Below, one piece after another: positions 55,040 through 64,000 of a stretch of 64,000 nt of DNA. The translations under genes and the position numbers were made by a program. The stretch is from Tubiluchus corallicola. Its lineage: Eukaryota > Animalia > Priapulida. The notes under the pieces were generated by a model that worked only from the letters and a program-made list of their open reading frames with translations, made no database searches and had not been told where the DNA came from. The stretch lies in contig JAQGDQ010000626.1 in NCBI GenBank assembly GCA_030141605.1, positions 60,343 to 124,342 of the forward strand, in the 5' to 3' direction. Positions within the stretch are counted from its first letter, which is position 1, and each line of letters starts with the position of its first letter.

Positions 55040-55539
55040 GCTAGGGTTGTTATGTTTGATAAATTAAATGAAATACTTCTGCCTGAAAACCTTAATATAG
55101 CTGCCTTAGGAACTAATGATCTGTTGAAGTTGTTATTGTTTGGAAAAGATGAATTTAACTATGTTGCTAACTGTAAAATATTCCAATGTATACATGACTT
55201 TATATTACGTACTAAACGCTTCCAGTAGTTTCTATCTGATATGAAATGCATCAGTCTTAAATATTCGTACATTAATATTTTCTAACCGTCATTTTCTACT
55301 AATGTCTAATGTAATATTGTAGTAAAACTTGTCAGCTTTTGTAGTTATAGTCTATTCTTACTGTAAATGTTACTAATGTCTAATGTAATCTTGTAGTAAA
55401 ACTTGTCAGCTTGTGTAGTTATAGTCTATTCTTACTGTAAATGTTCTTGAAAATAGTGTATAAAGTCTGTTGTGGTGAGGATCCTAAATCATGTTGTTCA
55501 AACTGTCTGATCCAATCCTATATGAAATTATGTTTAAAC
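55040..55539 (+). mobile_element. LINE 3' end, third copy of the same family
   Basis: RVVMFDKLNEILLPENLNIAALGTNDLLKLLLFGKDEF; ends GTTTAAAC. Confidence 0.85.
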
Positions 55540-55990
55540 GAAGGTAAATGGTGTGCCTGCATGTATAAACTGTTTACTCGGAGAAGTAAGTTATATTTCA
55601 TGAGCAAAACGGTGGTTGTTGCTTAGATTGCATACGCGCACTTTGCACTCCTGGGATATCTAAAAATAGTAGGCGTTCACGAAGCTAATGCGTAATTGAT
55701 TTTTCATTGAAAAGAAACTGGCCAAGGTATATATAACACGGCATTAACAGCAGACGATATGCTCAAATGCTTGTTTCGCTTGAATCCGAAAATATTTTTT
55801 CAAAATACGTCCAATTTATAGCGTCGGTTTTTTTTGGCTGCGTGTGTGCGCCGTGTAAAATGAAACTGACTTGACGCGTGATATAATTGCTCGTAGTGAA
55901 TCGATATTTCTTCCCTAGCAGCAGAAATAAGCTTTACTGTTCTTTAAGTAGTGTCTCTGCATGAATTCCGAATGCACACTGCATTTTTTC

Positions 55991-56474
55991 CAGGGATGAG
56001 GAATTTTCCGCGGATACGCGGAATTCCGAGTTTTTGGAAGGCCAGTAGTGCCATTTTTGTAAATCGTGTAAATTCGTTGAGAAAACTTTTACGGACCCAG
56101 TACATTATTTCACAAGCTGACCGCTAGTTGGCAGGCCGTCACTTTGTTTACATCACGTACATCAGTGTAACCACGTGTATATCTCTATGTATAAAAATAT
56201 AGAATCAATCGTGCAGAGTTATTTGAGTCAATTGAAGACAGTTTTTATATACTTTTGCATAGGAGCGGCCATTACTTAGACGTTTTTGAGACAATTAGGT
56301 ATCATGTATCCTTGATAGTTGGGTATTTTAAATTTTGCATGAAACAAGGTAATTGATATTTTAAGTCAAATTAGAGGCTCTCTATGGTTACAAAACAACC
56401 CCATTAGGGCCTAAGTGGCTCCAAAACCCCTGGCCTGTTTCAGAGTTTTTTGCAATTTGTCATTCTCATCCCTG
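55991..56474 (+). mobile_element. hAT MITE, second copy
   Basis: CAGGGATGAG...CTCATCCCTG; near-perfect TSD ATTTTTTC/ATTTTTTT. Confidence 0.88.
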
Positions 56475-56844
56475 ATTTTTTTCTACGCTGGCTATATAGC
56501 CCAGGCTTAATCACTGCGTTGCCGCTATGCTTCGATTCAATAAATTTCTCTTGACGCAAATTTCTCTCGGATCGTCAAAGATCCGATCAAATGAATTTCT
56601 CGTAAGATATGACAATTACCTACAGTAAATTTTTGGGATGCTGTAATAAAAACTGGTTTCAAGTTCGTATACTGTCTTTATGATCTTATTATAACTCTGT
56701 TATTAGACCATTTTCAACCGACTGATCATAAGTTAAATAATTTACATTTCATTTTCTAATTTTGTATCGATAATAAGGCATAAATAAGGTGAGATCTTTC
56801 GTTTAAGAAATTTAAATAATGAATTTAAGAAAGTGTGACCTCTG

Positions 56845-57553
56845 TCTTAAAGCACGAGAAAACCCTCCGCTTACATGAAGCTTAAAAAATTCGTCTTGAA
56901 ATTTGTGCCACTTATGTACGGCCTTTTTGCATGCAGGGCTTGCGGCGTCAGTAATGCTGTATAAAACTTGTAGATAAATTTGAAGTCTCCCGATGACCGT
57001 TGGGCACAGCAATTTTAATGGTAGGTCGTTTGAAACAAGTTTAGGTAACATTGTGTCAAATTTGAAAAAATAATCAAAGCATTCATTTATAGCACACATG
57101 TTGCTAACTATTGTTTCTGGGGGGGGGGGGGATTGTACAAAAACAATGAGTTATTAAAGCACAAGGAAACCCTCCACTTACATAAAGATAAAAAAATTCG
57201 TCTTGAAATTTTATACCACTTTCATACTGTCTTTTTGCATGCAGGGCTTGCGTAGGCCGTAACGCTGCTAAAACGTGTAAATTTAAATTCCCGCGATTGC
57301 CGCTAGGCGCAGCCATTTTGATGGTAGATCGTTTGAAACAAGTTTAGATAACACTGAGTAAAGTTTGAAAAACAGAGCATTCGTAGCAAACATGTTACTG
57401 AGTAAAATTTTAAATTACTGTATCTTTAAAATGAAAACGAACAAAAAATCCTTTCAACTCGAGCACGATATTTGCATAAAATTGCTGTAAAGCAACGTAA
57501 TTTTTTAAGGCAATTTTTCTAAAACTTACTTCGGGTACCCCTTTTCTTGTCCT
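56845..57553 (+). mobile_element. Tandem partial copies of the Kolobok-like family at 32535-33177
   Basis: Shared blocks; ends CCCCTTTTCTTGTCCT. Confidence 0.6.
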
Positions 57554-58494
57554 TTATCAAATGCATTGGCCGAATATTATTATGACGATGACAAGGTCTT
57601 GACGAACCGTGGTGAATTTCCAATAATTTGGTATCCAATTTGATCAGCTGTCCCTAATCAAGTGCATTACGTCATTTTTGTAACGTGTGCTCAATGATAT
57701 AGTGCAGAAAGATATATAATTTGGATAAAAATGCCGTATTCATTAAGAAAAAAGATAAAAACTGTCACAGCCGGCTAAACACTTAATCGTTCCCGGTAAT
57801 TTTATTTTTAGAGCTTTTTGTTATAAGCTTATAGCTTGTTCGGGATTACATGAAACATTTTATGAAGTCGCAAATTGATGCTATTATTATCGCAAATGGC
57901 AAACATGCTGTAAGGAAGCATATATAAGTACACTATGATTCATTAGGTAATTACACAAAAAATTGACGTTTCATTCATACCCAAAGGTTCCTCGTTCAAG
58001 CACGGTTAATCACGAATTTTTTTTACCTACATTTTTTATCCATTTGGCTGTAGAAGTTAATGAATACGCGCGTTTATAATATATATAATATATATAGAAA
58101 TTACAATATAAAGCTTCCCCATTTTTGCCAGTACCTCTGGTTATGTGGCTATAATAGGATGTGTTTGCTGTTATCGGTACAGTTCAATTCGAGTTGTGTA
58201 TGCTGTTGGATGTAATATTCTCAAAAGGCCAGGCGATTGTTATATTTCTGAGGCCAAAGGTAACATTTCAAGGTCAATTTCAATTCCAGGAGTTTTAAAA
58301 TTTTTAAGTTTGCCAAGTTTTGAAGCTGACAGGATTGGCTTTGAAACTAAGACTAGGACGTTTCTAAGATTGAAGCGTGCGGTTAGTAAGTAAAATTATA
58401 TTCTCACAGGTGTTCGAAATATAAGCAGTTTTAGGCCAAAAGATTGTTGTGCTCCTAGTGTTGTTCTGGGTTGATATGTTTATAGCATAGCTAA

Positions 58495-58954
58495 CCCTTT
58501 CATACCCGTTGTATCCCGTGGGATACAAGAATATTTTCTGCCTTTAAAATTAATAAAATTTTAAAACCGACAGTTATTTGATCTGTTAATAGTTATATTG
58601 ATTTAAGCCAATAACAATAGACTAAAAATGGTGATAAAATGGCAAACTACAAAATCTACATAGCATAAAAAAACTGCGCAAGGTACAGTACTTTAGAGAC
58701 GACTTTGTACAGATCAGCATAGCGTGCATACTAAATGTCTTAAATACTTTAAAAAATTATCAGCAGTTGCAAAATGAAGCACATTTTATGCTTCCATTGA
58801 ATCTCAATGTATCCCGTTGGATACAGGCTATATTTAGCACGCAGGCACAGGTAGAAAAAAATAATTATTTTGTGTAAACAAGATGGACAAACTGAACAAA
58901 AGTACCAAGCCAAAAAAAAATTTCTTATTAAAAAATAATTTGGGACTGAAAGGG
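58495..58954 (+). mobile_element. piggyBac-type MITE (460 bp), copy 1
   Basis: CTAA|CCCTTTCATACCC ... GGGACTGAAAGGG|TTAA. Confidence 0.9.
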
Positions 58955-59242
58955 TTAAACAACGTGAGTTCATTCAAAACACGTTTACGGTAAAGACGTA
59001 TAAAGCATTGGCAAATGTCATTTTTTTCATTTCCCCTTGATGTCTGCGTAATCAAATCCTGCATTTGAGCCTGCTGTACTTCACTATGCTAAAGTAAACG
59101 TAACGGTATCTATTTGCTATGAATTTAGATATTTGTTGAAAAGAATAATAATTCATACTGACTAAGCAACACTGGGTGCTTGGGCGAATTTTAGATAGGA
59201 AAGATACTAGCCATGATGAGATAATCATAAAAAATATCCATT

Positions 59243-59615
59243 AACAGTCTGCGGGAAAAACGTTCTAGCGGCGCCTGGTGGGACTCTCGGAAGGAGATAT
59301 ATGGCTCTTTAGAAAGAGGAAGAACAGGGCTACACGATGGTATGGGCCACGCTTTAGGACACGTCCATGTGCACCAGCTCCCGACGAGTTAATTAGATGT
59401 TCTATTTTTGGTAATTTTTGCTTAGAAAACTGCTGACGCAAAGCCATTGTTCTGACGTCATCCATTATACTCTGAGTATAATCTTATAGCTTTAATTCAG
59501 TAAAAGCTGCTGCGGGCTTTGCGTTAGGAAAATAAACGAACACTAGGTAGGATGTTCGCGAATAGTTGATTATACGTGTATTTGTAAGCAAAATTTTTTG
59601 CGGGGCCTTTGCTAG
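59243..59615 (+). mobile_element. Helitron 3' fragment
   Basis: Homologous to 25970-26328; hairpin plus CTAG|T. Confidence 0.82.
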
Positions 59616-59911
59616 TTCTTTTATATATTTTTCGTAAATTGTTACAGTATCGTAGAGTAATCGCACACCACCAGAATAACTTAGTCACTATTATAGATGG
59701 ATGAATGCACTCCTGTGTATTCGTGCTGCGAAAAGATAATCTTTCTAAGATTTCATACTACTTATAAAAACGTTTTCTATTAAATAGCGGTTGACAGTCA
59801 CGCTATGCAGCTGTGGTTAATAAAATTTCATAATAAAATACGTTATTACGAAGTTTGAGCCGCAAATAACTTGACAAATAGCTCATTTTTTGAAAGGTTA
59901 TAAAATTTAAA

Positions 59912-60315
59912 GTTCGGGAACGGGGTTCGGGATAGGACTGAATGTTCGGGAACGGGGTTCGGGATAGGACTGAATGTTCGGGAACGGGGTTCGGGATAGG
60001 ACTGAATGTTCGGGAACGGGGTTCGGGATAGGACTGAATGTTCGGGAACGGGGTTCGGGATAGGACTGAATGTTCGGGAACGGGGTTCCGGATAGGACTG
60101 AATGTTCGGGAACGGGGTTCCGGATAGGACTGAATGTTCGGGAACGGGGTTCGGGATAGGACTGAATGTTTGGGAACGGTGTTCGGGATAGGACTGTATG
60201 TTTGGGAACGGTGTTCGGGATAGGACTGTATGTTCGGGAGCGGGGTTCAGGATAAGACTGAATGTTCGGGAACGGGGTTCCGGATAAGACTGAGTGTTCG
60301 GGAACGGGGTTCGGG
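59912..60315. repeat. 32-bp G-rich minisatellite GTTCGGGAACGGGGTTCGGGATAGGACTGAAT, about 12.5 copies, next to a hAT-like terminus ending 60363
   Basis: Period 32; followed by CCCCGATCCCGAACACCCCTA. Confidence 0.93.
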
Positions 60316-60650
60316 GTTTAGGAAAAGTCGGGATCACTGTGACCCCGATCCCGAACACCCCTATGTGTTTCTCAGGTGGAACGATCCATGTTCAAGGTCA
60401 CAGAGCAATTTAATAATTATTGAATGATGGAGCTTCAAGTTGGTCTTCGTAATAGATTTCTGGCATCATTTTTATAGGTCCCAGTGGGGCAGTTATATTT
60501 CTGAGGCTGAATCACATCAGTTCTACTCCGTTCGGGTGTTGCTCTTATCCGTGTTCATTGTCAAACTTTGAAATGATCTCTTGCATCTGTTACATGTGTG
60601 GATTTTCCATATCTTCTACATACGTGGCTAACTTTAGATAACTTTTTCAG

Positions 60651-60813
60651 GATGAACTACTAGCAGTGTCGAAGAAAATTGTACTAAAAGTAGAAGACCT
60701 TGTCACACGAATATGTAGCGATGTCAAATGGCCGCATGGCACTAAAGCTGGCGCTAACACTGCATCGACTAAATACAGAAAAAATGGAGAAATCACTCCT
60801 GTTTCTAAGCAAG
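60651..60813 (+). CDS. ARID5B: ARID5B-like exon 3, after a 40,170-nt intron; the gene continues beyond the window
   Basis: DELLAVSKKIVLKVEDLVTRICSDVKWPHG... (compare ARID5B DEVIAVSEKVIVKLEDLVKW); tttttcAG/GTGAGT, phase-0 entry matches exon 2. Confidence 0.9.
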
Positions 60814-60930
60814 GTGAGTATTGAGTTCTTATTTCTCTGAATTCGGTCGTTTTGCTTTATTATGGGTAATAATTGTCCATAAAAGTTATTGACTTCCATC
60901 CCGATAATTTGTACTACTCAAAACAAGTGA

Positions 60931-61345
60931 ACATGTATCTGTGCTATTATTAGTATAAAAACTACATGTATCTGTGCTATTGTTAATATAAAAAACTACA
61001 TGTATCTGTGCTATTGTTAATATAAAAAACTACATGTATCTGTGCTATTGTTAATATAAAAAACTACATGTATCTGTGCTATTGTTAATATAAAAAACTA
61101 CATGTATCTGTGCTATTGTTAATATAAAAAACTACATGTATCTGTGCTATTATTAATATAAAAAACTACATGTATCTGTGCTATTATTAATATAAAAAAC
61201 TACATGTATCTGTGCTATTATTAATATAAAAAACTACATGTATCTGTGCTATTATTAATATAAAAAACTACATGTATCTGTGCTATTATTAATATAAAAA
61301 ACTACATGTATCTGTGCTATTATTAATATAAAAAACTACGTGTAT
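60931..61345. repeat. 34-bp minisatellite ACATGTATCTGTGCTATT(G/A)TTAATATAAAAAACT, about 12 copies
   Basis: Direct reading. Confidence 0.95.
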
Positions 61346-62027
61346 CTGTGCTATTATTAATATATATATATATATAGTATATTAATATACCGCTCCCACC
61401 ATTGTTCTAAAACCTGTATCCGCCCCCACCGTTGTTCTAAAACCTACATCCGCCCCTGTGCAGGTTGGCTGTTTGAAAACTCGCTTACTCACCTCGGTGC
61501 CCTCGACTTCAGTAACCACAGCCTCAGTACCCACAACCTTGATTCATGGTTAAGCAGTGATGAATGACAAGCTATTCACCTGCTTAACGTATAAAGAGCA
61601 AAGCTAAAGCAGTACACAGTCGACTAGTGTGTCTTTTCGGTAAAACTGTTGAAAAAATCGATAGAAAATTTAAAAATGATCAGGTATTAAAGAAATTGGA
61701 ATCGTTGTTCTTTATAGCACAGCAACCCAGATCCGATTATAAACGTGTTTCACTTTATATTTGTGCAACAGCATCAGTAGCAGCAGCAGCAGCAGCTAAA
61801 TTTATGGTGCAAAGCTTTGAGTGAATCAATAAAGCTTGAAAGACAAAGCGGAGTGGATTTTAATTAATGAAATTAAAATTTTAGTAAGCTGCAATACCGC
61901 ATGTCGTTTTTCAGTCTTATTAGTTTCTTTAAGTTCGACTGTTAGCGTAAGTTTCTTTATCATTTCATCATTTGCAAACACGTTATATGTAACCTATGAG
62001 TAAAGTTCAATATTAATGTTAATTTAA

Positions 62028-62487
62028 CCCTTTCAGTCCCAAATTATTTTTTTATTAAGAAAATTTTTTTGGCTTGGTACTTTTGTTCAGTACGACCATC
62101 TTGTTTACACATAATAATTATTTTTTTCTACCTGTGCCCGCGTACTAAATATAGCCTGTATCCCACGGGATACATTGAGATTCAATGGAAGCATAAAATG
62201 TGCTTCATTTTGCAACTGCTGATAATTTTTTAAAGTATTTAAGACATTCAGTATGCATGCTATGCTGATCTGTACAAAGTCGTCTCTAAAGTACTGTACC
62301 TTGCGCAGTTTTTTTATGCTATGTAGATTTTCTAGTTTGCCATTTTATCACCATTTTTAGTCTATTGTTATTGGCTTAAATCAAAATAACTATTAACAGA
62401 TCAAATAACTGTCAGTTTTAAAATTTTATTTATTTTAAAGGCAGAAAATGTTCTCGTATCCCACGGGATACAACAGGTATGAAAGGG
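62028..62487 (-). mobile_element. piggyBac-type MITE (460 bp), copy 2, inverted relative to copy 1
   Basis: TTAA|CCCTTTCAGTCCC ... GGTATGAAAGGG|TTAA; near-identical reverse complement of 58495-58954. Confidence 0.92.
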
Positions 62488-62555
62488 TTAATATGTAAAG
62501 TTTTGTTTATTCATGACAACCTTTAGCTTTTAATTGCGTTTTCTCTAAGCATAAA

Positions 62556-64000
62556 ACTAAGCTGTAATGAAAAATTAGTCGATACCCGTACATACTGTAC
62601 GAATTATACTATATTGATTAAGTTGCGTGTATCTAAAAGCTACCAAACTTAGCTGTAGACTAAAATTAAAGTCGATACCCGTACATACTGTACGAATTAT
62701 ACTATATTGATTAAGTTGCGTGTATCTAAAAGCTACCAAACTTAGCTGTAGACTAAAATTAAAGTCGATACCCGTACATACTTTACGAATTATACTATAT
62801 TGATTAAGTTGCGTGTATCTAAAAGCTACCAAACTTGGCTGTAAACTAAAATTAAAGTCGATACCCGTACATACTGTACGAATTATACTATATTGATTAA
62901 GTTGCGTGTATCTAAAAGCTACCAAACTTAGCTGTAAACTAAAATTAAAGTCGATACCCTTACATACTGTACGAATTATACTATATTGATTAAGTTGCGT
63001 GTATCTAAAAGCTACCAAACTTAGCTGTAACTAAAATTAAAGTCGATACCCTTACATACTGTACGAATTATACTATATTGATTAAGTTGCGTGTATCTAA
63101 AAGCTACCAAACTTAGCTGTAAACTAAAATTAAAGTCGATACCCGTACATACTTTACGAATTATATGATTTTGTAAAAACTACCAAACTGATAAAATTAA
63201 ATGATACCCGAATATACTATATTGATTGTTGCGTGTATCTAAAAGCTACCAAACTTAGCTGTAGACTAAAATTAAAGTCGATACCCGTACATACTGTACG
63301 AATTATACTATATTGATTAAGTTGCGTGTATCTAAAAGCTACCAAACTTAGCTGTAAACTAAAATTAAAGTCGATACCCGTACATACTGTACGAATTATA
63401 CTATATTGATTAAGTTGCGTGTATCTAAAAGCTACCAAACTTAGCTGTAAACTAAAATTAAAGTCGATACCCTTACATACTGTACGAATTATACTATATT
63501 GATTAAGTTGCGTGTATCTAAAAGCTACCAAACTTAGCTGTAAACTAAAATTAAAGTCGATACCCGTACATACTTTACGAATTATACTATATTGATTAAG
63601 TTGCGTGTATCTAAAAGCTACCAAACTTGGCTGTAAACTAAAATTAAAGTCGATACCCGTACATACTGTACGAATTATACTATATTGATTAAGTTGCGTG
63701 TATCTAAAAGCTACCAAACTTAGCTGTAAACTAAAATTAAAGTCGATACCCGTACATACTGTACGAATTATACTATATTGATTAAATTGCGTGTATCTAA
63801 AAGCTACCAAACTTAGCTGTAAACTAAAATTAAAGTCGATACCCTTACATACTGTACGAATTATACTATATTGATTAAGTTGCGTGTATCTAAAAGCTAC
63901 CAAACTTGGCTGTAAACTAAAATTAAAGTCGATACCCGTACATACTTTACGAATTATACTATATTGATTAAGTTGCGTGTATCTAAAAGCTACCAAACTT
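62556..64000. repeat. 93-bp tandem satellite, about 15 copies, running off the window
   Basis: gtcgataccc at 62578, 62671, 62764, 62857...; the 31-codon period explains the long minus-strand ORFs. Confidence 0.97.

Noticed and set aside
62575-63996. 147-aa and 259-aa ORFs
   Set aside because: They are translations of the 93-bp (31-codon) satellite, with no real start and no domain.

Overview
AT-rich, repeat-dense eukaryotic (animal, probably invertebrate) genomic DNA with two spliced genes arranged head-to-head. (1) Minus strand, 15201->1198 and continuing off the left edge: a cell-surface-type ecto-NTPDase (CD39/ENTPD1,2,3,8-like, GDA1/CD39 family). Nine phase-consistent GT-AG exons give 476 codons with ACR1-ACR4. 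Unusually, the first coding exon encodes a ubiquitin-like domain placed in front of the N-terminal transmembrane helix. (2) Plus strand from 19526: the BAH-domain N-terminus of an ARID5B-like gene, with three exons visible and a 40.2-kb second intron. The introns hold a twister-ribozyme-capped bipartite RTE element, a 5S-rRNA-derived SINE, a tRNA SINE, a solo LTR, non-autonomous Helitrons, piggyBac/hAT/Tc1/Mutator/Kolobok-type MITEs, LINE 3' ends and many satellites. There is no CRISPR array and no prokaryotic feature. Family names come from recognising motifs by eye, not from database searches.
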